DNA from: an uncultured cyanobacterium | GTDB taxonomy: Bacteria > Cyanobacteriota > Cyanobacteriia > Leptolyngbyales > Leptolyngbyaceae | Reading direction: 5' to 3' | NCBI GenBank assembly: GCA_963766075.1 | Contig: CAVYAN010000012.1 | Coordinates: forward strand, 37,507 to 101,506 | DNA: 64,000 nt | Shown here: positions 21,863 to 33,100 of the stretch, piece after piece | Numbering within the stretch: position 1 is the first letter of the stretch | Layout of the letters: each line of letters opens with the position of its first letter | Program-made: the position numbers and the translations under genes | Notes under the pieces: generated by a model | Database searches by the model: none | What the model saw: only the letters and a program-made list of their open reading frames with translations | Told to the model about the DNA's origin: nothing

Positions 21863-24172
21863 CTACAGTTTACAAGTCTCCACGCGAGAGAAGAGAACCA
21901 ACCACCCAACCCAAACTCCCAACAAACCCCACCCTACCAACCCCCTCGGTAATTCTCCAATGAGGGAATTTAGGGGATCGTATTTGAGGTCGGTGCTGCT
22001 CACCCAGTGATTATCCTTGCGCCAGCCGACGCGATCGCCAAACTTTTCCCAGATTTCATCGCTTGGGTACTTGCCGTCTAGTGTAGCACCGCATTCGGCG
22101 TAGATTTTTTTCTGCACGCTAAAGCCAAATTTGCCGTTGCTGTACTGCACCCACAGCCGATCCAGAATCAATAAGTCCTCGCAGGGAAAATTTTCCAGAT
22201 CTTTCCGGTCAAACCATTGCCCCTCTTCCTTACCCACCGTGGTGATCATCAGCCGATAGGTCTCCTGGTCGGCTTCGCGCCACTGCCCCGCCTGCATCAT
22301 CGCCTCCAGGGCCGCGTAGCGCGAGGTTTCCACCGTTTGCCGAAGCTGTTCAATGGCCGCTGTCAGGGCTGGGGGAATCTGCTTCGTGGTTTCGGGCAAA
22401 CAGGCATAGGCCAGGTCTGCCGCGCCGCGATCCAGCATGGCTTGGATCAGGCTACTGGGATTTTTGACTTGGGCCGCGTAGAGCAAAAGGGTGGGTTTCC
22501 ATTCCAGATCCGTAAATCGCTCATACAGCAAACTTTCCTGCTGCTGTTGCAGAATTTCCCGCGCTGCTAAATATTCCTGAAAGCTCCAATGGGCAAACTC
22601 GTAGGTATCGGCGTCTTTTTCCACCAGCAGTTCGCTAATCTGCACCACAGCGTCGAGAAACTGCTGGGCCTCAGCGGTTTCATTTTCGGCCTGGAGATGG
22701 GCAGCTAGCCGTCGCCGCAGCGTCGTCCGATCAATGCTCTTTTCGCGGCCATTCAGCAGCATTTCCAGGGCTAGCCGCTGCAAAATTTTCTGAGCATCAG
22801 ACTCGATGAGCAACGTTTCCAGGGCTTTGGCCCCCGGACGATGCTTCAGTTGCAGATCACAAATGCCTTGGTACAGTTCCACCCGACGATCCGGCAGCTT
22901 GGCCGTGGGATTCAAGCGGTGAAAGGCGGTGATCATGTTCAGCAACAAGGGAATACTAGCCAAATCCTGAATTTCCGGTCGGGCCTGGATTTGGCTGAGC
23001 AATTCCTCGGCGGCCTCATTGGCGGCAGCCCGGACATCCGCCCCATCGCGCCCATTGTTGGCGTAGCGCTCTTGGTACAGGTAGCACTGCTGCACAAATT
23101 GCCGCTGCTGGGTCAGGTCAAACGGTTCCACCCACAGGGTCATCCGCATTTCTAGCCGATTGGTTTCGGCCTGCTGGCGGTAGGCTTTAGGGCGCGAAGT
23201 CAGGATAAAAATGGAGGCACTTTTGCTGTACTGCTGCATTTGCTGGTTAATCCAGGTGGCAATCACGGCCTGCTTATCCTTCGGCACTTCATCCAGACCA
23301 TCCAGCAGCACCAGCATTTTGCCCTGCTTCAGCAAATTTTTGGCCCAATCGGGCGGCAGCTTGACTTCACCGCCTCCGGGCAGGCGGGCCACATGGTACA
23401 TTTCAATCACGTGACCAAGCTGGGCAGCGGCTCCAGTTAGCTCCTGGGTGGCCAAGCACTTTTTCCAGCAGTCGCCCAGGGACAACAATACGGGCACCCG
23501 CGCCGACACGCCATAGCGCTGCTGCTGCTGACTGCTGTAGATGTAGGCAATGTGTTTGAGCAGCGTCGTTTTGCCGAAGCCGCCCCAAGCCACGATCGCC
23601 ATTTGCCGAAAGAGGGGCTGCTGTTCGGCTTGCTTCAGCAAATGCCAAATTTTGAAATGTCTGCTCTGGAGGTGGCTCAACTGCTCACGTTCCTGGCCTT
23701 GCAGGGTTTGCCACCCGGCGGCGATCGCCCCGGTATCCAGGGTCAAATCCACAAAGATTTCTTCCAGCAGAGGCACATAGCTCTGCATGATGCCCTGGCA
23801 GCGATCGGTCTGGCAGTCGAGTTTCTGCGCTTCTAAGTACTTGGCGTCAACGCCTGTGGCTTTGGCGATCGCGTTTTGAGCGGTTTTCTCGGCGGCGGTT
23901 GCGCTCGCTTCACCAATTTGATCCGCACCCTTTTTGATTTTCTTGAGCGTTGGCTCCACGAGGGCATAGAGGATGGTTCCTCCGCCCAAAATGCCCGCGC
24001 CAACGGGGACTTGCAGCCAATTACTCGTGCTGATCAGGGAAACTAGCCCTCCGGCACCACTGGCTAAAACTACTGGGACGGCTTTTTTGAGGAGCCATTC
24101 CGCCGCTTTCTCATTCCGCTGTTGTTCTGGCATACCGATAAATTGGGGGGCGATGGGGAGGAGCGATCGCAA
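21863..24172 (-). CDS. NACHT (STAND) NTPase with C-terminal GUN4 domain
   Basis: GGFGKTT Walker A, LLDGLDE Walker B, PLLL, FAHWSFQEYLAA; GUN4 motifs WREADQET, FPCEDL, SNGKFGFSVQKKI, FGDRVGWR. Confidence 0.9.
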   Translation of the reverse strand: MRSLLPIAPQFIGMPEQQRNEKAAEWLLKKAVPVVLASGAGGLVSLISTSNWLQVPVGAGILGGGTILYALVEPTLKKIKKGADQIGEASATAAEKTAQNAIAKATGVDAKYLEAQKLDCQTDRCQGIMQSYVPLLEEIFVDLTLDTGAIAAGWQTLQGQEREQLSHLQSRHFKIWHLLKQAEQQPLFRQMAIVAWGGFGKTTLLKHIAYIYSSQQQQRYGVSARVPVLLSLGDCWKKCLATQELTGAAAQLGHVIEMYHVARLPGGGEVKLPPDWAKNLLKQGKMLVLLDGLDEVPKDKQAVIATWINQQMQQYSKSASIFILTSRPKAYRQQAETNRLEMRMTLWVEPFDLTQQRQFVQQCYLYQERYANNGRDGADVRAAANEAAEELLSQIQARPEIQDLASIPLLLNMITAFHRLNPTAKLPDRRVELYQGICDLQLKHRPGAKALETLLIESDAQKILQRLALEMLLNGREKSIDRTTLRRRLAAHLQAENETAEAQQFLDAVVQISELLVEKDADTYEFAHWSFQEYLAAREILQQQQESLLYERFTDLEWKPTLLLYAAQVKNPSSLIQAMLDRGAADLAYACLPETTKQIPPALTAAIEQLRQTVETSRYAALEAMMQAGQWREADQETYRLMITTVGKEEGQWFDRKDLENFPCEDLLILDRLWVQYSNGKFGFSVQKKIYAECGATLDGKYPSDEIWEKFGDRVGWRKDNHWVSSTDLKYDPLNSLIGELPRGLVGWGLLGVWVGWLVLFSRVETCKL

Positions 24173-24242
24173 TCTAAACCTCCCCCAATCTTAGTGCGCT
24201 TCCCGAAATCCTTCCGCCCCACTGACAAGGGCAACACGCAAA

Positions 24243-24305
24243 GATCCCCGGCATTTTGAAATGCCGGGGATCCGGGGAGGCATCTCTAAAAATGCCGGGG
24301 ATCTA
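24243..24305. repeat. REP-like palindromes (GATCCCCGGCATTT family)
   Basis: GATCCCCGGCATTT-TG-AAATGCCGGGGATC plus another half copy at 24290-24305; related copies at 20257-20272 and 20933-20943. Confidence 0.75.
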
Positions 24306-24310
24306 GACCC

Positions 24311-25597
24311 TTACTTGGCTGCTCTGGGCATCGTCCCTTGGGCCTTAATTTGCTGCGTCAACACATCCAGCGCCTTCGCATACTGGGGATCCGCCGGAGT
24401 ACCAATCTTGGCCCGATCCTGCCCCAGTTCCTTCCGCTGAGCATCCGTCAGCTTGATCACCACATCCGGGTCAATCCCATGCTTATTAATATCCCGCCCA
24501 TTCGGCGTCAAATACTTGGCAATGGTCACCGCCAACCCCGAACCATCCCCCAAACCCCGAACCGACTGCACCAATCCCTTCCCAAAGGTTTGCGTCCCCA
24601 CGATCGCCGCCCGCTTATTATCCTGCAACGCCCCCGACAAAATTTCACTAGCACTGGCCGATCCACCATCCACCAGCACCACCAAGGGCTTCGTCGTCAA
24701 AGCCCGATTGTTCGCCGCCTCCGGCTCCTTGTGGCCTTGGCGATCCACCGTCGAAACAATCCCCCCCTACTTCAGCCACATCCGGGCAATTTCAATACTG
24801 GCTTGCAGCAATCCCCCCGGATTCGATCGCATATCCAACACATAGCCCGTCGCCTGCTGCTGCTCCAGCTTGGTAATGGCTTCCCGCATTTCCTTCGGAG
24901 CCCCGGCGCTGAACTGCACCAGACGAATATAGCCAATTTTCCCCGTCGGTCCCTGCTGCATACTGAAGCGGACCGGATGAATCTCGATGCGGGCGCGCTT
25001 CAGCGGCACGACCAGTTCCTGGGTGCCTCGCAGAATCGTCAAGGTCACCTTGCTGCCCGCCGGACCCCGAATCAGATTGACGGCGGCATTCACATCCATG
25101 CCATCGGTACTCTTACCGTCAATTTTGCTGATGATGTCCTTGGACTGGATGCCCGCCGCAAAGGCCGGAGAATCCTCAATTGGAGAAATCACCGTCAGTT
25201 TCTTAGTTTTCTCATCGGCAGCCAGCTGGATCCCGACCCCAAATAACTCGCCAGAGGTATCAATTTGCAGGTTTTTGAATTCCTTCGGGTCCATAAACCG
25301 GGTGTAGGGATCGCCCAGCTTCTTCACCATCTCGCGGATGGATTTGTAGGCTTGTTCCTTATCCGTATAGGACTTATTCAGGTACTCGGTACGCACCTTC
25401 TTCCAATCCACTTGGTTGAAGGTGGCATCCACATAGGTGCGATCAATAATCTGCCACACTTCATCTATCAGTTCCTTAGGACTATCCCGAAAGAAGGCTT
25501 GCCCTTCGGAAAGATGGAGTCCTGCGCCGGTGATGGTGACAGCAGCAACCGCGATCGCCGTAGCACCGAGCACGACTTTGTGGGGAATAGTCACCAT
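24311..25597 (-). CDS. ctpC: carboxyl-terminal processing protease (S41, CtpC-like) with an in-frame TAG at 24767-24769
   Basis: [37 protein letters not shown]; both halves are in the same frame ([12 protein letters not shown]); the paralogue name is tentative. Confidence 0.8.
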
Positions 25598-25768
25598 AGT
25601 GAAACCCAAAGTAAAGACTGTGAAGATCATGCTCAATCTAGCACAGCCCGTTAGAGGTGATCGGATTTTGGGGGTTGGATTTTGGACTGTACCGCTGAGT
25701 TCGGCTCCCGCTTGGGGCGCGCGCGCATTAAATCAGGCCCATTAAATCCAGAAATCAGGCCCATTAAA

Positions 25769-27358
25769 TCAGGCAAAGGCCGCCTCAAAGTCCCGCAGGC
25801 GAGCGGCTTCGAGGGCATAGCTGCGCCCATAAATGCGGGTGAGTTGGCGGGTTTGTTCCAGCACCTCCCGGACCTCCCAGTTGCCCACTTGGACCAGGTC
25901 ACGGTTGTTGTCGATGGCGATCGCAGCGGCAATGCCCACACCCTGGGCCACGCCAACATTGAATTCGACAATCCGACCGGCGGCACAGGCGTAGCCATCA
26001 AACCCGGAGCCGGGACCAATCACGGCCAAGTTCGGCACATTCAGCACCAGGGCATGACGAATGCCGATGTTAAACAGGGGCGGATGGTGGAAGGAAATGC
26101 TGCCGATGCCCTTGGCTGACGCCTTGGGGCCCAAACCTTCGATGCCGCCGCGAATGTCCAGGTGGTAGCCAAAGGTGCCCAGGGCCTCGTAGTCCGAAAC
26201 ACCACCATCGAGCATTTTGGCCCCGCTCAGCATCTCTAGCGCGCCGATAATGTTGCCCGCGTGGCGAATATAGAGTTCCGGGAAAGGCCGGACGGCGGTG
26301 GCCCCAAGGCTGCGGAGCCAGCGATCGACGAATTTCATTTCCTCCACCATGGGCGGGGTGGGTTTGGCTCCACTGCGGGCGATCGCCTCGGCTTGACTAC
26401 CCGTCACCTTAAACAGCAGCGAATTCCAGGACAGGCGATCGGGGCCCAAGATGGCGATATTCGGCTGATCCACCACCATGCCCGTTTCCACCAGCGACAA
26501 TTTTTTGCCGCGAAAGGCGTGGTAAGTAATCGACAAGGCCCGACAGCGCACATCAATGTGGTCAGAGGCGACGTACATGCCCTTCAGCTTGCCGTTGGCA
26601 TCCACAAAGTCGCGGCGGAAAAAATCGGCGAGGGCGAGATCGTTTCCGGCGGCGACGTTAATGAGGTTTTGGGCAGCGGCATCGGCCGGGTTAGTCAAGC
26701 GGGTGAGGTAGGCCATTTCCACCTGGGCCAATCGCTGGGGCGTGAGGCCGTCTGTTTCAAAAATCAGGCCCACGGGCAATTCGGCTTCGGGGAGATCGAA
26801 ACAGGCAAATCCGGGCAGCTTGCTGACTCCGGCGGCTTGGGCCAATTCAGCATTGACGGTGCAGTCGATAAATTCCTGGGCTTGGTAGGTGGTGCCGTTG
26901 GTGAGGGTGATGCCGGTGATTTTTTGGCCGGTCTTGGGGACGGTGGCAATGGCGCACTGACTGAGGATTTCTGTGCCGGTTTCCTTGAGCATTTGCCGGA
27001 GGGCGGCATCCGCCAGCTTGGGATCCAGGGCGATTTGGGTGACTTGCGATCGCCGCAAAAATTCCTGATACAGCACCACGGGTTCGCCAAAGGTGGGCAG
27101 TCCGCGCGCATTACGCACATCCAGGGGCACGTTGCTGCGGTCCAGATAGGCCAGTCCTCCCCGGACTAAGTGACCGCCAATTCCCGTCTGGGCACTGCTT
27201 TTCAACATGATCAAGGTGCGGGGCAGACGGCCCAGCCGCCGCCGAAATTCCCGTGCAAAGGCAACCACGCCCAGGATGCCATGCACTTCATCCCCGAAAC
27301 AGATTAAGTCATAGGTGCGGGTATTGGTCGAAGGGGCGCTGGGGGTGGATGCCGTCAT
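25769..27358 (-). CDS. FAD-dependent oxidoreductase
   Basis: YDLICFGDEVHG, IGGHLVRGGL, FIDCTVNAELA, LYIRHAGN. Confidence 0.75.
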   Translation of the reverse strand: MTASTPSAPSTNTRTYDLICFGDEVHGILGVVAFAREFRRRLGRLPRTLIMLKSSAQTGIGGHLVRGGLAYLDRSNVPLDVRNARGLPTFGEPVVLYQEFLRRSQVTQIALDPKLADAALRQMLKETGTEILSQCAIATVPKTGQKITGITLTNGTTYQAQEFIDCTVNAELAQAAGVSKLPGFACFDLPEAELPVGLIFETDGLTPQRLAQVEMAYLTRLTNPADAAAQNLINVAAGNDLALADFFRRDFVDANGKLKGMYVASDHIDVRCRALSITYHAFRGKKLSLVETGMVVDQPNIAILGPDRLSWNSLLFKVTGSQAEAIARSGAKPTPPMVEEMKFVDRWLRSLGATAVRPFPELYIRHAGNIIGALEMLSGAKMLDGGVSDYEALGTFGYHLDIRGGIEGLGPKASAKGIGSISFHHPPLFNIGIRHALVLNVPNLAVIGPGSGFDGYACAAGRIVEFNVGVAQGVGIAAAIAIDNNRDLVQVGNWEVREVLEQTRQLTRIYGRSYALEAARLRDFEAAFA

Positions 27359-27781
27359 AGATCAAACCAGTTCCTAGGGTAAGTTGTGGATAGAATCAAA
27401 TATCGGGGCTTAGAGGTCAGTGAAGACCAGCCCGTGAAGACCGATCAATGAAGACTGAGCGTAGTCGGGACAAAACAGCGGAGAATGCCTGAATTGTACA
27501 CACGCTCTCTGCCGTTCACTCGGATTATGCCCGAATCAAGGTATTGATATTTCCAGGGTGGATGATAATTTAGCTCCTGCGGAGCTAGCCGATAATTTCA
27601 GAACTGCCGAACTACCGAGCCACCGAGCCACCGAACCGCCGAACCACCGAGCCTTGGGGGGTTGGGGTGAGGGGCTGGGGTTAAGTATGTCTTGGGATTG
27701 GATCGGGGATCTGTTGCACTCTTTTGGATTGGGGAGCGGGTGGGAGAGCTGCATCCTGGCTATGTTCACTAAAGTTTTCTA

Positions 27782-28906
27782 AGTAGCTAGGCACAATTAA
27801 ATATAAAACGCTCTAGCGCATAATCACCGGACTGACTACGAGATTCCATGCCCTGCATCACAGCTTTCGCCAGGTCATATTGATTGTCGAACATCTGACC
27901 CGCGATTTCATGGGTCTTGAGTTGGTGCCATTGACCTTCAATGGGATTCATTTCTGAACAATAGGGGCAGAGAAAATGAATCAATAACCCCTTGGCTTCC
28001 CACTTTTGCCAGTGTTCACGGGTTAGGCGACTGGTATGCAAAGACCCATTATCTTGCACCACCACCGTCAAACGCCCAGTTTCGGCTAACCTTTGGGCGG
28101 CTTTTTCAGCCACCCAATCCATGACCTTGATGTAACTCGCACTCTTGAAGCCCCCTTGGGCTAGGGCATACTCAAAGGACTCGCCCGGTTGCCAGAGTCC
28201 CAGTATGCTAATGCGATTGCCATAGCGTTGGGCCGTTTGCTCCATGCACTTCTGTTCGCCGATCCGACTGTAGCTGTAGCTGACCGGACTCCACAGGCAG
28301 AATCCCGATTCGTCGAGATACTTTAAGTCGATATGTCCTTCCTGCTGGGCTAACTGCAAGGTCTCCAAATCCGCTAGTTTCAAGGCTTTTTTGACAGGGT
28401 CTTGATTGTTGCGATGGCGATGGCGGGTCCGTTTCCACCGATAGTCTTTTTTTTGAGTAAGCGCCGCAAACGGTCACTACTCAAATCAACTAAGCGCTCC
28501 TGTTTGAGCTTCTTGGCCAGTTGCACACTATTGTAGGTGCGCGGTTCTGCCTCGATACAGGCACTCAGGTAGTCTAAATCGGATGCTTGCCATCTCGGTT
28601 TCGCTCCCCGTCCCGGCGCTTCCCATAATCCCCCTAATCCTTTGCTTTCCCAGCGCCGCAATGTTGCTCGGACTGTATGCTCATGACAATCGAAGATTTC
28701 TGCTATCTTCGGGACAGTCCAGCCTTCTGCATTTAAGCGCAGCATATGGGCTCGATCTCGCGTCCGCTGCGGTACAGTTTTCGCCTCACGCAATTCCGCT
28801 AAGGTGCGATCCTCTTCTACCGTTAACTTGATTCGTAGCGGCGCAGGCATATATTCTCTCGACAAAAATACTCTTCCTATCTTACATTTAATTGCGCCCT
28901 CCTACT
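27782..28906 (-). mobile_element. IS630-family insertion sequence
   Basis: Imperfect terminal inverted repeats AGTAGCTAGGCACAATTAAAT / AGTAGGAGGGCGCAATTAAAT, flanked by TA at 27780-81 and 28907-08. Confidence 0.92.
27787..28865 (-). CDS. IS630 transposase (HTH ORF + DDE ORF joined by a -1 frameshift)
   Basis: YLDESGF, VQDNGSLH, SEMNPIE; A8G slippery run at 28446-28454 gives KKDYRWKR after a -1 shift. Confidence 0.9.
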
Positions 28907-28946
28907 TAGGCTAGCTTGCTGCGTGGGTTGGAATTTGGTCTTGCTA

Positions 28947-30197
28947 TTAGCTACCCCGGAAACTATCGCTGACTTGGGGCCGGGGCACTGGGGTGGGAAA
29001 TAGGCGCTGGAAGGCAGCTTTCCGGATGGCGATCGGCTCCTGGGTCAAATTCCACAGCGTTTCGTAGAAAAAGAAAGACACCCCCATTTTCTGACTGCGA
29101 ACCAGTTGCACCTGCTCCTGAATCTGTTGACTCGACACGGCCCGTTGCTTTAGGCCCGTGAGCACGCCCACGCCTACGGGGATGTGCCGCCGTGCGGCCA
29201 GCACTTCCGGACGATTCAGCTCCGCTAGAAAACTTTGGGGACTGTCCCGATAGACTTGCAGCACCAGTTCCTCGATGTAGCCGGTTTGCTCCCAAGTGCG
29301 CCAGTCTTGCAGGGAATGGTTCAAGGAAAACTCGTAATTGTTGGGCGACAGGGCAAAGATGACCTTGGGCTTTTTGGCTTTGACGGCACGAAAAAGACGC
29401 TGAGTAAAAGCAGTAATTTTATCGGCCCGCCAGCGGACCCAGGCAGGGTCTTTGGGATCTTTGGGGGGTGTTTTGCCGGTTTCCTGGCGATAGAGGGCCA
29501 CAGTGAAGTCATCGTAGCCAAATTCGTAGGGCAGTCCAAAGTGATCGTCAAGCTGGATGCCATCAACATCGTATTTCGTGACGATTTCCACGACTAAATC
29601 TTGGATAAATTGCTGCACTTCGGGCTTAAACGGATTCAGCCAAACGCGGGGCCAGCGGCCTTCGATCCAATATTGGCTGCCATCTTGCTTTTGGGTGAGC
29701 CAGTCGGGATGGCGCAGGGCCAGGGCGGAGTCCTCGGGGGCCATGAAACCAAATTCAAACCAGGGCAGGATGGCCAGCTTATTTTGATGGGCCTGCTGCA
29801 CCATTTCCGCGAGCATGTCCCGTCCGGTGAGGCGATCGGGACGGGGATCGACGGCAGAGGCGATCGCGCTCTGCATGACGGCACTGGGATAGGTGGTGTA
29901 GCCCCAGTTCCAGACTGCGGGATAAAGGGTGTTGAAATTCAATCGGGCCAATTCCTGAACGGCGGCTGTGAGCCGATTGGCCTGGAATAGGACATCGCTA
30001 TCGACATTAGTGAGCCAAACGCCGCGAATTTCGCGGGGTGGGGACGGGGCGGGCTGGGCGGGCGTGGAATGGGGAATGAGGGCGAGGGCAAGGGCGATCG
30101 CCAGTGCTACTGCCCCAAATCGCCACGTCCCAAATCGCCACGTCCCAAATTGCCATGGGACTAAAGATGTGATGGACAACCTGATTGACGGCTTCAT
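28947..30197 (-). CDS. glycoside hydrolase-like 10 (DUF187) family protein
   Basis: EIRGVWLT, PWFEFGF, WLNPFKPEVQ, YDVDGIQLDDHF. Confidence 0.88.
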   Translation of the reverse strand: MKPSIRLSITSLVPWQFGTWRFGTWRFGAVALAIALALALIPHSTPAQPAPSPPREIRGVWLTNVDSDVLFQANRLTAAVQELARLNFNTLYPAVWNWGYTTYPSAVMQSAIASAVDPRPDRLTGRDMLAEMVQQAHQNKLAILPWFEFGFMAPEDSALALRHPDWLTQKQDGSQYWIEGRWPRVWLNPFKPEVQQFIQDLVVEIVTKYDVDGIQLDDHFGLPYEFGYDDFTVALYRQETGKTPPKDPKDPAWVRWRADKITAFTQRLFRAVKAKKPKVIFALSPNNYEFSLNHSLQDWRTWEQTGYIEELVLQVYRDSPQSFLAELNRPEVLAARRHIPVGVGVLTGLKQRAVSSQQIQEQVQLVRSQKMGVSFFFYETLWNLTQEPIAIRKAAFQRLFPTPVPRPQVSDSFRGS

Positions 30198-33100
30198 GGA
30201 CTCAGTACCCCCTCTAACTGCTCATCGGCTAGATCATACAGGTTTCGTAACTGGGCTAACTTGTCCGCATCCGGTTGCCAAAAGCCGCGCCCTTGCGCTT
30301 CCAGCATCCGCCCAACAATATTGCGAAACGCCTCGGGGTTGGACTCCCGCAGTTTTGCAGCCATTGCGGCATCCAGGGCATAGGTATCCGCCGCTTGGTC
30401 ATAGACCCAGGCATCCTGAAAATCCGCCGTGCCGCCCCAGCCAATCAGCGCCGTCATCCGCTGGGAGATTTCGTAGGCTCCCCCGGAACCCTGATCGGCC
30501 ATGGCGGTAGCCCATTTAGGATTCAGCAGTTTGGCACGATATTCCAGACGCAGCAGGTCTTCTAAATTTCGGGGCGTTGTGTCTTTAGAAAAACTTTCGA
30601 CGAAGCTGGCGGTGACTTTTTGGCCCTGTTGCTGCTCAGCAGCCCGTTTCAGCCCCCCGGTATTGGCGTAGTACTCCTGAATGTCCGTTAGACCATATTC
30701 CACGGAATCGATTTCCTGGACAATCCGCCCGGTGGTTTTGAGCAAACTTTGCAGGACTTCCGGGCGGGCTTGGCCTTTGTCTTGGCGACCATAGCTGAAG
30801 GCATTGCGCCCCTGCCAGGTAGTGGCTAATTCCTCACCAGATTCCCAGCTTGAGGAGACGACCTGATCGTTGACTAGGGAGCCAAAGTCCCCGGCGGGGT
30901 TGGAAAACAGTCGGGCAGTGGCGTTGTCAATGCCTTGGGCTTTGAGGGCGATCGCGTGTTTGCGAATAAAGTTTTGCTCCTCCGGCTCATCGGCGGCAGC
31001 GGCCCGCTGAAACAAATCATCCAGCAGTTCCAGAATGTTGCCAAAGCTATCGCGGAAAATGCCAGAGAGGTTGGCCAACACATCAATGCGGGGGCGACCG
31101 AGGTCGGTGAGCGATTGCAGCCCATAGCGGACAATCCGCCCCGTCCCTTCTTTAATCGGTTCTGCCCCCACCAACTCCAGCAAAATCCCCAGGGATTCGC
31201 CCTTGGTCTTGATGGCATCCAATCCCCACAGCATCACCGCGACGGTTTCGGGATAGGTGCCCTGCTCTGCCAGATGTTGCGCCAGGATTTGTTGGGCGAT
31301 GGCACAGCCGCGCAAGTACGCCGCCGGGGACGGCATCCGGTAGGGGTCGAGGGCATGGATATTGCGGCCCGTGGGCAGGACTGCGGGACCGTCCCGCAGC
31401 AGATCGCCACCGGGAGCCGGGGGAATATATTCGCCGTTGAGGCCGCGCAGCAGGTTGGTGAGTTCGTCGGTGTTCTGGGCGAGGAGATCGCGAATTTGCA
31501 GCGCTTCTTCGAGCTGGGGGGTTTGGCCGTTTAAGGAGCCGTTTAAGGAATACTGCTCTAGGATTTGGGCACGGGATTGGTTTTGGGCGATCGCCCCGAT
31601 CACCGCCGCTGGCAACGCTTCGCCAAAGTACGCTTCGAGATATCCCGCAACGTCTTCCGCGTCGGGGGCCTCGCCCAGGGTGTGGAGTCCGGCGGAAAAC
31701 AAGCGGTTTTCTAACACGTGCAGGTAGTCGTACAGCGTCACCAAGTAATCCTCAAAGGCATGGGCGCTGAACAGGGGTAGGTTTTCCGGCGTGAAGGCAA
31801 TGCCCAGGGTTTTCGCCGCCCTAAAGGGACAGTCCGCATCCAAGCCCGTGGTGATGATTTTGTGGGCGATCGCCGATTTCAAGCTGTAATTCTTTTCCGG
31901 ATCCTCGCGATATTCGGCGATCAGTTCCCGCAGCCCGATCAGCTCCTTGTATAGGCCCGCCCGCCCGTAGGGCGGCACATTATGGGAAATCAGTACGCCA
32001 TAGCCCCGCCGCTTGGCCAAAATCGACTCTGAGGGATTATTCGCCGCATACACATACAAATTCGGCAAATCCCCTAGTAAAATATCCGACCAGGAATAGC
32101 CCGTATTGCCCAGGGGCGAACCGGGCAGCCATTCCACGGTGCCATGCATGCCAAAATGGACAATCGCATCGGCCTGAAAGTCCTTTTGCAACCATTGGTA
32201 AAAGGCGGCGTACTGGGGATGGGGCGTCAAATCCCGCTCAAACATCAGCCGCATTGGATCGCCGTCAATGCCTAAGGGCGGCTGAACACCAATCCAAACA
32301 TTACCCAAGGACACACCACCCAGAATCAAATCATCGCCAATGGTTTTGATGCCGGTGGCGGTGAGGGATTTCCAGTTCTTTTTAATCCGTGTGGTCAACA
32401 GATAGCCTAACCACTTCGCTAATTGATCAACGGAAACACGATTGACCGGTTCGCGATTGGTTGGCCCAGCCGTGGCCTCATTCTGGAATATGGTTTCGTC
32501 AGCGGCCTTGACCTGCTGAATCAGGGCTTCGCCATCGGCGGGAATATCACCGACGTCATAGCCTTGGACTTGCAGCGCGTGCAGCAGGTTGAGCAACGAT
32601 TTGGGCACATTCAGCAAGGCCGCAGTGCCGGTGGAGCCGTAGCCGGGAGGGAAACCGTAGAGAATGATGGCGATTTTGCGATCGCGGGGGGCCTTTTGGC
32701 GCAGGGCAATCCAGTTTTTCAGCCGGTTGGTGAGGCGTTGGACGCGATCGGGCACCAAATAAATGTCTTCGCCAACAAGGCCGCCCAGGGGAATCGTGTC
32801 GATCGCCCCATCCAACTCCGGCAGCGCATACAGCACTACACTTTGCAACCCGCTAATCCCCTGGCGCGTCCAGGAATGAATGTCCTGAATCAGCAGCGGT
32901 GCCGCCACGAGGTAGGGCACATTCTTGGCCACCAAAATCCGCTGGGCCACGGCGATCTGGCGTCCTGCTTCCATGGACCCGGCTGGCCCCCCAACAAGGG
33001 GAAAGCCAATGGTGGAGACGATCGCATCCACCGCCACCGCTTGGGCGGAGAGCGACAACGTGTCTCGAATGCCCTGCTGGCGCTGGGCCTGTTCATAGGC

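Noticed and set aside
27536..27782. Small ORFs beside IS630 with CCGAGCCA-type repeats
   Set aside because: Low-complexity short tandem repeats; no evidence of coding.
27787..28865. IS630 transposase as a pseudogene
   Set aside because: The split coincides with an A-run slippery site typical of programmed -1 frameshifting in this family.
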